Origin: Candidatus Poribacteria bacterium
GTDB taxonomy: Bacteria; Poribacteria; WGA-4E; PCPOR2b
Direction of reading: 5' to 3'
DNA length: 64,000 bases
NCBI GenBank assembly: GCA_965198175.1
Contig: OZ240245.1
Span: 1,056,001 to 1,120,000, forward strand
This document shows positions 19,393 through 28,187 of this stretch, piece after piece. The notes below the pieces were generated by a model. That model was given only the letters and a program-made list of their open reading frames with translations, searched no databases and had not been told where the DNA came from. How positions within the stretch are numbered: the stretch's first letter is position 1; each line of letters starts with the position of its first letter. The position numbers were made by a program, and so were the translations under genes.

Positions 19393-20793
19393 CTACAACG
19401 ATTCCAGAAAAGCGATGAGCGCGTCTCTGTCGGTAGCGGACATCTGCTGAACTGACTCACGCGATTGCTCTGCTTCCCCACCGTGCCACAGAATCGCCTC
19501 CAGCAATCCTCTCGCTCGACCATCATGGAGAAAGTTGGTATGTCCGTTGACCACTTTGACCAACCCGATACCCCACAGCGGCGGTGTGCGCCACTCTGAG
19601 CCACTCGCCAAAAAATCCGGGCGATTGTCTGCCAACCCTGGACCCATGTCGTGCAACAGCAGATCGGTGTAGGGGTGAATCGTCTGGTTGGAAACCGCCG
19701 GTACATCTGCTAACGTCCTTGTCCGCAACGTCGGGACATGGCAACCGGAACAACCCGCACTCTCGAAAAGTTCCTCACCATGTTGAACAAGCGGATCATC
19801 AAGATCGCGTCGAGCGGGTACAGCAAGGGTTTGGACGTAAAATGTCACCACATCCAAAATTTCATCGCTGAGTTCCGGATCATCGCCCCGTCTGTCGTAT
19901 TGCGATTGCCCATCCGAACTTTCTCTCGGTAACAGCGAGGTTGTAATGCCCATGTCGTCGTGGTAAGCAGAAGCGACTTGTTGAATCAGCGTCGGCTGAT
20001 TCGCCTTCCACCCAAATCGACCTAGATTCCGCCTATTCTCCTGTACATCCCAAACGTAATTCGCTTTCCCTGAAATCCCATCGCCATCCCGATCAGCTTC
20101 GTCCACCAAAGCAAGGATGGTGGATTCAGGTATTGCTTCGAGCAGCCCTAAACCAAACACAACGGGTGCGACGCGGGGCGAGATTTCAACGTCGTCCGGC
20201 AACGGTTGATATGCGTTTTCAATTCTGTAGTTCGGCGTGCGGAGATGCACCTTCACCCCGTCACTTGTTGTGAGTTCGCCCTCCGTATAATCAATCGTTA
20301 CTGTTCCCTCCGGGGGTACGCCGAAGATTGCGCGGTTATTGAGTTGGGTGCCGAAACCGGGAACTGGGACAGGTCCTTGTGTAACGTCTCCTTCCGGGTT
20401 AGGAAGGCTCACGCGGAAAAGCATTGATGTGAATTTTTCACCCGATGTCGGTGCGCGCCCTCGCCCATCTCGCACATGACAATTGATGCACGAGATATTA
20501 TTGTAAACCGGTCCGAGCCCCGGGTTGACCTCCGCCGGCACCGTAACAAACACCGCTTCAAATTCAACATCACCCTCTAGGTGCTTTGCGAGTCCATCTG
20601 CCGAAAGGTTTGGCGCGGGCGTCGAAAACGCATGGCTCGTCGCGTCAAACACCGTCGTGTCCCCCCCGGAAAGCCCTTTATTCGGGACATCATTTTTATC
20701 TGAATCGGTCAGATTATCCGAATCACAAGCGGCGATCAGCATACAAAGTAACATCATAGGGAAGAGAATGTATGAACGATGATTTGGTTTCAT
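19393..20793 (-). CDS. di-haem oxidoreductase (DHOR) family lipoprotein
   Basis: Lipobox IAAC; CINCH and CSGCH haem motifs; GLGP, GRFGWKA, WRTPPLWGIG, LHDGRAR; alternative start 20820. Confidence 0.9.
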   Translation of the reverse strand: MKPNHRSYILFPMMLLCMLIAACDSDNLTDSDKNDVPNKGLSGGDTTVFDATSHAFSTPAPNLSADGLAKHLEGDVEFEAVFVTVPAEVNPGLGPVYNNISCINCHVRDGRGRAPTSGEKFTSMLFRVSLPNPEGDVTQGPVPVPGFGTQLNNRAIFGVPPEGTVTIDYTEGELTTSDGVKVHLRTPNYRIENAYQPLPDDVEISPRVAPVVFGLGLLEAIPESTILALVDEADRDGDGISGKANYVWDVQENRRNLGRFGWKANQPTLIQQVASAYHDDMGITTSLLPRESSDGQSQYDRRGDDPELSDEILDVVTFYVQTLAVPARRDLDDPLVQHGEELFESAGCSGCHVPTLRTRTLADVPAVSNQTIHPYTDLLLHDMGPGLADNRPDFLASGSEWRTPPLWGIGLVKVVNGHTNFLHDGRARGLLEAILWHGGEAEQSRESVQQMSATDRDALIAFLESL

Positions 20794-20797
20794 GATT

Positions 20798-21391
20798 TCA
20801 AATGTCAATTTTTCGACCATTTTCGTTTTTGGCTTTGCGCACTCTCGCCGCCAATTGATATAACTCCGCTAACTCAAAACGATTTATGTCACAAAATCGT
20901 TGAACGGCTTCCTCAATAGGGACGAATTCCACGCTTGCCACCTGTTCGCTGTCTTCAGGGTTTTCGGGGCTGCCGATGATTTCCACCGCTCCATAACCCA
21001 CAAGCCGATAGAATTCGGGGTGTGGTAGATGCGGGCGATAGGGCTTTGGGGCAGTTGAAAAACAGTGCCAAGCACCGAGTAGTTCAAAGGATATCAGACG
21101 GGCACCAGCCTCTTCAATCAACTCGCGACTTATGGCGTCCGAATAGCTTTCGCCCGGTTCCAACGTGCCGCCCGGAACCTCCCATACCCCTGTTTGTAAG
21201 CGGAGTACCAACCACCGATCCTCTTTGAACCGATCCTCTTTGAATGGAACAAGATTGACGTTACTGATTAAATTGAGGGGCGGCATCTCGCTGAGACATT
21301 TAAATCTACACGTTACAGTTTGCCAACTGGTGGTTCCAAACAGGTTTGGAAAGTCGTTTTTCGATATCGATTTATCCGCTTTTAATCTCAT
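20798..21391 (-). CDS. NUDIX hydrolase
   Basis: Nudix box GGTLEPGESYSDAISRELIEEAG. Confidence 0.88.
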   Translation of the reverse strand: MRLKADKSISKNDFPNLFGTTSWQTVTCRFKCLSEMPPLNLISNVNLVPFKEDRFKEDRWLVLRLQTGVWEVPGGTLEPGESYSDAISRELIEEAGARLISFELLGAWHCFSTAPKPYRPHLPHPEFYRLVGYGAVEIIGSPENPEDSEQVASVEFVPIEEAVQRFCDINRFELAELYQLAARVRKAKNENGRKIDI

Positions 21392-21897
21392 TTCAGTTCC
21401 CAGACCTGTACGTCATGCCCTGGAAGGTCAAAAGGATACTCGCCATACTCAAGCAGAGCCAAGCCGGTATCATCCGTCTTGACAACAAGGTGGAGCTGAT
21501 GCGGTGAAACGCTTGTGTTCACGCGCTCAAGTAACAGGAACTGTGTGCCGTCATCAACCGTTATGTTCACCTTCGTCCAGAGAATACCTTCACCGCCCAT
21601 ATATGTTCCCTCCGACAGCAAAATCTGGTGCGGCGTCTCTGGTGGTAAGGTGAAACTTTCACCTATGACGTAGGTCGAATTTGGATTGGTGTGTTCTACA
21701 AGTACCCAAGTCCCAGGTATTGGCACTTCAACACCGTTCTGATTGACAACCCAAACGTGATCGCGTTCTTCTATGGGAGTTGGGGGCTCTGTCTCAGGAA
21801 CCTGCGGTAGTAGAAGTTGCTGTAGCTGGTCGCAGGCAGAAAGCCCCACAACCATAGCCAATACAACCAAGAGTTTTGTGATTGTTCCGATGTGCAT
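21388..21897 (-). CDS. hypothetical lipoprotein
   Basis: Lipobox GLSAC; stop overlaps the NUDIX start (ATGA). Confidence 0.7.
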   Translation of the reverse strand: MHIGTITKLLVVLAMVVGLSACDQLQQLLLPQVPETEPPTPIEERDHVWVVNQNGVEVPIPGTWVLVEHTNPNSTYVIGESFTLPPETPHQILLSEGTYMGGEGILWTKVNITVDDGTQFLLLERVNTSVSPHQLHLVVKTDDTGLALLEYGEYPFDLPGHDVQVWELK

Positions 21898-21947
21898 TTT
21901 TTCGTCTTTCTAAATAAAAAAGTTGTGCGTGTCAATAAATTATGCAA

Positions 21948-21980
21948 AGAAGCCGAATATTTCCCAAAAAATCGGCTTCT
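21948..21980. repeat. short palindromic hairpin (REP-like or terminator)
   Basis: AGAAGCCGA-15 nt-TCGGCTTCT. Confidence 0.5.
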
Positions 21981-22000
21981 CTGTCATTCGCTAGCCTGCG

Positions 22001-22031
22001 TTAGTTGAAATTACTGTCTAACACTAACTTC
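22001..22031 (-). repeat. orphan copy of the last 31 bp of the imelysin gene (direct repeat with 22633-22663)
   Basis: TTAGTTGAAATTACTGTCTAACACTAACTTC vs TTAATTGAAATTACTGTCTAACACCAACTTC; 29/31 identical. Confidence 0.85.
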
Positions 22032-22211
22032 GTGTATAAGGGGTGATTGAATTTCATGACATTGTCCCTCAGTCAACAAGTATAACGAAAAAGTTCAGTT
22101 GCGGGATGGCTGGAGAACAAACAAGACACGTAAACAAAGGTAACTGACCAGTCGTTTCCAAGTAAAATCGCGTCTAACCACCAGTTAGACATCTCAGAAA
22201 GGAACGTATCC

Positions 22212-22601
22212 ATGAATCACATCCATAGAACGCTTGTCGTGATTGCCGTCATGTTGGCAGCCGTTATTAGCGGCTGTTCAAACGACGAAGAATCAGGCAC
22301 TGAACTTGCGCTGAACGAGCATTACGATAATGTCAGAAACGGTGCCCGACTTATGTTGGCATACAACGCTCAAAGTGATACTTTCAAAGGTACAGTGGAA
22401 AACACCACCGATAAAACCTTGAAGCAAGTTCGAGTTGAAGTCCACTTGTCAAATGGAACAGAGCTCGGACCAACAACGCCGGTTGATTTAGCACCCGGTG
22501 AAAAGAGGGTAATCGAACTAACGGCAACAAGCAAGGACTTTGACGGGTGGACGGCCCATCCTGAGGTTGGAGACTACGGAGGGAACGGTGAGCATGATTG
22601 A
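22212..22601 (+). CDS. small lipoprotein (FxLYD-like Ig domain)
   Basis: Lipobox ISGC; 'GTVENTT...VRVEVHL..G.ELG......LAPGE'; RBS AAGGA. Confidence 0.75.
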   Translation: MNHIHRTLVVIAVMLAAVISGCSNDEESGTELALNEHYDNVRNGARLMLAYNAQSDTFKGTVENTTDKTLKQVRVEVHLSNGTELGPTTPVDLAPGEKRVIELTATSKDFDGWTAHPEVGDYGGNGEHD

Positions 22602-22632
22602 AAAGACCGACCCTGAAGCCGCCTATCGTTTG

Positions 22633-23748
22633 TTAATTGAAATTACTGTCTAACACCAACTTCAAGATATCCTCCTCTAGTGTCTGCTGAACCGTGCCGA
22701 CCGCATCAATTGCTGCTTGAACAGCAGAACGCTGGGCGGTGATTGAATCGCGGAAGGGGTCTGGAATCGCACCGATGGTATCGATCGCGGTCTGGACTTC
22801 GGTTTGGAATCTGGTGTCCAAGTCGGCGTCCTTACTATTCACAAATTCGTTAAGCCCCAAACTATCGGCGGTAAATTTCCCCATGTAGACGTTTTGGATT
22901 CCGCGGATATTGTCTTGGAAGTCAGTAATCGAGTTGAAACTAAATTGCGATTCGACGAGAGTTGTGTCCCGCTCATTGAACGGATCGGAGATTTTTCCGT
23001 TGGCGACTTCATCGGCGATGACAATCATGCCGTTAACCATCTCCTGCATTGCGTCTTTCTGTGATTTATATATTGTGCTTGAGGTGCCGGCGTTAGCAAC
23101 TTCTGAGGCGTAATTTTCGCCCGATGCCTCCCACGCGTTACGCAACTGACCGGTTTTTGCATTCAGATTCTCCGTCGTTGCGGTGAGGTATTCAAGCTCA
23201 CGGGGGGTAATATCAGCAGCTTTTCGCTGGTCGCCTTCGCGGAAGAGGAGATACTCGATGGTATGGAAGCCTTTCAGCGTGTCCTCAAGTGCGTCAATTG
23301 ACGCTGAAGTCAACACCTGCTCACTGGCGAGCACTGCGTCGAGGTCAACCTTATTGACGGGCCAGCTATCGAGCGCCGGGTCAAGACCCTGCGTATCAAC
23401 TGGACCGAACAGGAACGATTCACTCTGTTCCCACGGTTTCCGCGCTGCTTTCCACGCCGCTTGCGCCTGCTTCAAGTTGGCTTGGGTGGCATCCCCTTCC
23501 AACGCCTTGACAGCGGTCAGCAGTTCGCCTGCTTTATTATCCAAGTCGGTGTAAGTGGCGAGCACAACTTTGTTGGCGAAGTCGCTCAATGTGGTGGTTG
23601 CATCAAAGGCGGTTCCAGTGCCGCCAGTGGCAGGATCGTCGTCCTCGCCACAACCTGAGAGCCCGCAACCGATGATAAAAATTGACAGGACCACAAGGGA
23701 TGATAGGTTACAACAAAAGAATTTCGTTAGATATTGATTGAATCTCAT
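22633..23748 (-). CDS. imelysin (peptidase M75)-family iron-regulated lipoprotein
   Basis: 'AQAAWKAARKPWEQSESFLFGP', 'LDSWP', GFHTIEYLLF (GxHxxE), 'ESQFS.NS..DF..NI.GI'. Confidence 0.92.
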   Translation of the reverse strand: MRFNQYLTKFFCCNLSSLVVLSIFIIGCGLSGCGEDDDPATGGTGTAFDATTTLSDFANKVVLATYTDLDNKAGELLTAVKALEGDATQANLKQAQAAWKAARKPWEQSESFLFGPVDTQGLDPALDSWPVNKVDLDAVLASEQVLTSASIDALEDTLKGFHTIEYLLFREGDQRKAADITPRELEYLTATTENLNAKTGQLRNAWEASGENYASEVANAGTSSTIYKSQKDAMQEMVNGMIVIADEVANGKISDPFNERDTTLVESQFSFNSITDFQDNIRGIQNVYMGKFTADSLGLNEFVNSKDADLDTRFQTEVQTAIDTIGAIPDPFRDSITAQRSAVQAAIDAVGTVQQTLEEDILKLVLDSNFN

Positions 23749-23773
23749 TGGATTTCTCCTTTTAGGTTTGAAG

Positions 23774-24976
23774 TTAGTATTGAAACCCGAAGCCGATCGC
23801 GAAGGTATTTTCTTTATTATCGACTTCGGTGCTCAATCTTCGTGCTGAGTAATGTGCCTTGAAGACCAGTTGCGGATGTGGATGATAATTGACACCACAT
23901 GTCCATGTCTGACGTTCCCAACGTGGATTATCAAAGATGTTACCCTCCACCTCAACCATTGTATCGTAGTTGTCGTAGCGGACGAACAGATCGAGTGCTG
24001 CTTCAGTATTCAAGGATGATTTTAAAAACGCCAGCAGATTGTAACCGACTTCGAGGTATCCGCCGTAGGCTTGGCTTCCGACAGGCGTCCGCTTGACGTT
24101 CAGGTTGTTTGAGAGATTTCGATTGGCTTTGGAGATAAGGTCTGAATTTTCGAGTGTTCCGTACAGAAACAACCCGCGAACCTTCAACGCACCGATCTCG
24201 TAAAATCCGTGCAGGTCAACGATGGAAACGTGGGCGTTAGCTTGGAGGTCCGGTTTCGGACGGTTGTCCGCACTGTCTCCGTAGTAGGCGGAGACACCGA
24301 GAACTGTCCCCTCCATGACCTTGTAATCGACTCGACCAACGAGCGCGAAATCTTCAGCATTGGCTGTTTCAAAGCGTAATTGATGACCGCCCACAATCCA
24401 ACGGCGCGAACTGAAGCCCGTGGAGTCCAAGCCGTTGACGACTTGTGCCTGATAGTTGAACGCGCCAATTTTGCCGAATAACTCAATCCCGTTTTCGTGC
24501 CAGATGGTTGGAATCAGATTTGATTCAGATTCGGGGCGGGTGGTCGTGAAGTAGTGTTGCGGGCGATGCCGCTTGGCAGTCAGACCGACTGGAACGATGA
24601 TGTGACCCACCCGAATGTTGAGTGCCGGGCGAATGTCAAAAACTGCAGCGAGTTTCTCAACGATGACCTCGCCGCCTTTTTCGACTTCCATCTCGAATTC
24701 GCCGAACTCCTCGAATTTGTCGAATTCCATTGTGATGCCAGTTCCACCGTGCTCGAACTCAAGTTCCGCTTCAAGCCGGATAGTGTCGGTTATTTGGCAC
24801 TTCGGTGCGATAACAAGCCGTTCGACGTCAATGTGGCTGCGTCGCTCTGGATCAGTCTGCCAATCGAAGTTGGCATAATTGATTACTCCGTAACCGGAGA
24901 TTTGCAGACGCTTGGAGTCAGCGGTTACAGCGTGAGCCATCAAGAATATAAGAACACCACAACAAAAGCCTCGCAA
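23774..24976 (-). CDS. outer-membrane beta-barrel (porin-like) protein of the imelysin iron-uptake locus
   Basis: TTG start 24976 after AGAGG; 'ISGYG', 'ELEFEHGG...EVEKGGEV', amphipathic strands, C-terminal GFGFQY. Confidence 0.82.
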   Translation of the reverse strand: MRGFCCGVLIFLMAHAVTADSKRLQISGYGVINYANFDWQTDPERRSHIDVERLVIAPKCQITDTIRLEAELEFEHGGTGITMEFDKFEEFGEFEMEVEKGGEVIVEKLAAVFDIRPALNIRVGHIIVPVGLTAKRHRPQHYFTTTRPESESNLIPTIWHENGIELFGKIGAFNYQAQVVNGLDSTGFSSRRWIVGGHQLRFETANAEDFALVGRVDYKVMEGTVLGVSAYYGDSADNRPKPDLQANAHVSIVDLHGFYEIGALKVRGLFLYGTLENSDLISKANRNLSNNLNVKRTPVGSQAYGGYLEVGYNLLAFLKSSLNTEAALDLFVRYDNYDTMVEVEGNIFDNPRWERQTWTCGVNYHPHPQLVFKAHYSARRLSTEVDNKENTFAIGFGFQY

Positions 24977-25001
24977 TTCTACCTCTTTTTTGGTTAATTG
25001 C

Positions 25002-25110
25002 AATTGAGACTCTATTTCAATAAGCTGTGAAATAAAAACACACATACTTATCCGTCATTCGGACTGATTGGTATGAACAACACGTAAATTGTATTGAGAC
25101 TCATTCTCAC
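25002..25110. promoter_or_regulatory. two Fur-box-like operators
   Basis: TGAGACTCATTCTCA (25095-25109; 7-1-7 inverted repeat) and TTGAGACTCTATTTCAA (25004-25020) in the leader of the porin-imelysin operon. Confidence 0.7.
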
Positions 25111-25151
25111 AGTGAACCCCTCGCCAAACAGTCATTTTTTAAAATCGCGAT

Positions 25152-25180
25152 AGTATAAATCACAGTGAAGATTTTGTCAA
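25152..25180 (-). promoter_or_regulatory. sigma70 promoter of the iron-uptake operon
   Basis: TTGACA-17 bp-TATACT on the minus strand. Confidence 0.7.
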
Positions 25181-25395
25181 GTATTTTTTCTAAGATTTTC
25201 AGTAAAAAATTCCGAGTGCCCTGAAGTGCCTGTTTGAAAAGTCATTCCGATTGATTTAACTTGTACATTTCCAGCTATGTGTGAACACACCTAGTCTTGC
25301 ACGATTTTCAGGGTGCGTCTGATGTGTTGTAGGGCGCGGCTACTCAACCTTGTTCATTGCGTCTGTAATGTGGTACTCAGCTCCAATCTCTGCGA

Positions 25396-26544
25396 TCAGA
25401 ACTGGACACGAACCAGCGGCACCCGCAATTCAATATCAGGAATGTGGGAATCTCCACTAGTGATAGGGTAAACAGTCATCGTCGGAAAAGATAGGTTCGA
25501 TTGCTTCTCAGCGCGTTCAAGATTCAGCAACCCCACGCCACTTTCAGTGAAATAACCTGCTTCTGTGTCGTAGCTCCGGGTAAAATGGGCACCCGCTGTC
25601 AACCCGACCATGCCGACGAGTCCCATGAGGGTCCAAAAGGTCCGGTCTTCGGGCTCGATTTCGAGCAGAATATTCGCACCTAAACCGTAGAGTGTGCCTA
25701 TAATGCCGCCGATGTTAATAAGACGTGCGCGGGCACGACTCATGCTCAGTTTCGTTGACCATGCCCCCATGGTCGACAGCCCCACATTGCCGCCCATCAT
25801 CGCACTGCCTAGAATAAAGTTGCTGTTATCGTTATTCCTGTCGCGAACAGCCATAGCCCCGCAGATTGCAAACCATGTTCCCCAGACCCCGCCGAAATTA
25901 ATCAACGTTGCATCACCAGGGCTGATGTTTCTATCTTTGACAATGCTGCCAGCCAATGCCGATCCAATGATACCGCCCGCCATGCTCGCACCCACGGTGG
26001 GATTTCCACCGGCATCGGCGAGTGTTGCTGCCCCAACCGCTTGCCAGATGCCCCAAGCCCCCCCAAGATTAATCAATGAAGCCTGCCCATCGCTCAGTTC
26101 ACTCTCCCGTGTGAGACTTAGAGAACCGATTAATCCGCTCAAGGGACCCGCGATTAGAACGAGACCATAGGGGGCTTCCTCTTCTATGTCCAAAAGAATC
26201 AATGTGCCAACGCCTAGCCATGTCGTAAAGAGCGTACCAAAGCCGACTAAACCCGCTCTGCTCATGCCGCTGATTGATTTGGTCTGTCCTAGGAGGAGGG
26301 CAATTTCTCGCTTTTTGTCCGTTGCCAATTGTCCGTACGCAGTTTCGGGATACGCAGAGATAACCCAATCCAGTCGTCTGAGGGCTTTATCGTATTCCTC
26401 ATTGACAACCCGCTTAACGGCATCTTCATAGATTAATTGCGCTTCCATAGCCTTGAGCTCTGATTCAATCTCACCCGCCCACAGAGAGTGTGAGAAAAGA
26501 AAAAGAAGTGTTGCGATGATAATATTGATGAGTTGATTCGGCAT
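25396..26544 (-). CDS. TPR + glycine-rich hydrophobic repeat membrane protein
   Basis: Signal peptide, TPR-like 'YP.T.Y...A' helix pair, repeats 'G.A.LIN.GG.WG.W', C-terminal ...VRVQF; start taken at ATG 26544. Confidence 0.75.
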   Translation of the reverse strand: MPNQLINIIIATLLFLFSHSLWAGEIESELKAMEAQLIYEDAVKRVVNEEYDKALRRLDWVISAYPETAYGQLATDKKREIALLLGQTKSISGMSRAGLVGFGTLFTTWLGVGTLILLDIEEEAPYGLVLIAGPLSGLIGSLSLTRESELSDGQASLINLGGAWGIWQAVGAATLADAGGNPTVGASMAGGIIGSALAGSIVKDRNISPGDATLINFGGVWGTWFAICGAMAVRDRNNDNSNFILGSAMMGGNVGLSTMGAWSTKLSMSRARARLINIGGIIGTLYGLGANILLEIEPEDRTFWTLMGLVGMVGLTAGAHFTRSYDTEAGYFTESGVGLLNLERAEKQSNLSFPTMTVYPITSGDSHIPDIELRVPLVRVQF

Positions 26545-26590
26545 GTCTTGGATCTTCCTATTTATTGATTCTACGAATAAAAATTCGCGA

Positions 26591-27700
26591 TTAAAATCGG
26601 ATGCTGAGGAAATTGGCGCGTACACCATCAGAATTCAACTGTAACTCGTGAGGAGGTTGATGCCAGAGTGTCGAATCATTCCGCCGACTCAACCTTTGCG
26701 CCTCTAGAGACGGAACATGGCGAGTGGTGTGAGTGCCCACAATAAGTCCAGCGATGCCCCCACCCATCAGGAGACCAAATGCGGCCGCTTCACTAATGTC
26801 GTTCTCAGCGATTATCATCACTAAACCACCCGCAACTATAGTGCCGATAACCCCTCCCAGATTAATCAAAGTTGCCCGCGCCAACGTGATGTCAATTTTT
26901 GAGGAAAGCGATGCCATTGTTATTGCGCCTATATTGCCCCCGATGAGCGTCCAAGCGAGTAGTTCATCACCATCTGAAAGCCTTGCAACCTTTCCTGCGC
27001 TCAAAGATAGCCATGTGCCCCAAAGCGCACCGTAATTGATAATCCCCATGTCGCCTAAACTCGGGTCAATTCTCCTTGTGAGAACAGAGGTCGCTAGAAT
27101 ACCTGACAGTCCGCCGATCATTGCGCCGCCAATCAGCGGCTTTTCACCGTCATCTTCGTCGATCAAAATTGCCCAGCCCAGTCCCTGCCATGTGCCCCAA
27201 GAACCACTAAAGTTGATTAAGGCAGACTGACCTTGGGTCAATTTAGCGTTTCGCGTCGCAATTAGAGAGGTCAGAAGTCCCACCGGTGCGCCTATCATCA
27301 TACCCGCAGCGACGGTTTTTTCGCCATCCGTATCATCAGCAAGCCTCGCCGCACCAATTCCCAACCATGTCGAATATAGGGTGCTGAACACAACGGTCCC
27401 AATTCGGCCGCTCTGGTCGATATTCATGCGCTGGATGTCAGGTAGATTCAGTTGCTCCAATCGTCGTTTCCGATCTTCAGCAAACTGCGCATAGACAGTG
27501 TCCGGATATCTGTCAATGACTTCATTGAGTTGGTCGTGTGCCTCACCGTAATTTCCTTGAACTATCAGTCTGAAAGCGGTCTCATAAAGCTGTGCTGCCT
27601 CGCTGGATTCGGCGAAAACCGCATTTACATTTAGCTGAGAAAATAAGGCGCATACAAGAATTGAGATTAATGCTGCCCCGATCTGTTTATGAATCATCAC
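26591..27700 (-). CDS. TPR + glycine-rich hydrophobic repeat membrane protein (paralog of 25396..26544)
   Basis: Same architecture; 'YPDTVYAQFA', 'ALINFSGSWGTW', 'IINYGALWGTW', C-terminal ...LSIRF; RBS GAGG. Confidence 0.78.
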   Translation of the reverse strand: MMIHKQIGAALISILVCALFSQLNVNAVFAESSEAAQLYETAFRLIVQGNYGEAHDQLNEVIDRYPDTVYAQFAEDRKRRLEQLNLPDIQRMNIDQSGRIGTVVFSTLYSTWLGIGAARLADDTDGEKTVAAGMMIGAPVGLLTSLIATRNAKLTQGQSALINFSGSWGTWQGLGWAILIDEDDGEKPLIGGAMIGGLSGILATSVLTRRIDPSLGDMGIINYGALWGTWLSLSAGKVARLSDGDELLAWTLIGGNIGAITMASLSSKIDITLARATLINLGGVIGTIVAGGLVMIIAENDISEAAAFGLLMGGGIAGLIVGTHTTRHVPSLEAQRLSRRNDSTLWHQPPHELQLNSDGVRANFLSIRF

Positions 27701-27830
27701 CTCACCCTTGCAGCCTCCGTCCTGTGATAAAAAGGATTTGAAAAAATCAGGAGGTTCTCATTAGATATCTTTCCAAAAAAGATTTACATAGTTACAGTAA
27801 TCTTGGAGCATAGAATAACTATGCCGTTTG

Positions 27831-28185
27831 TCAACTTGTCGAGGCGTGTCTCAAGTTAACAATCGCGGCAATCACATTCCATGTTTTCCCATAGTTGCGA
27901 TGTTTGGCTCGATAGATGTCTTTGGTGATGCGAAAAATCTTACACCGTCTGACGATATGCTCAATGGCAATCCTGCGTGTTGCCAACCGTCGGTTGAATT
28001 GCTTCGCCTCCTGAGTCAACGGCTTGCTCCGATATTCCTTGATGGGCGTCGAACTGTTGGCATACCGTTTGGCTATGCCTTGATAACCACTATCAGCCAA
28101 CTTCTCAGTATCGGGGGAAATTGCCAGACGGCTTTCCTCTAGAATGCTGTAATCGTGAACACTCCCTTTGCGGCAGACTCTGAAA
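27831..28185 (-). mobile_element. IS5-family (ISL2-like) transposase C-terminal remnant
   Basis: 'KGSVHDYSIL...LADSGYQG...P.K....PLT...KQFN..LA..RI.IEH....KIFRI....YR......N.IAAIVN'; N-terminal half absent. Confidence 0.8.
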
Positions 28186-28187
28186 AA

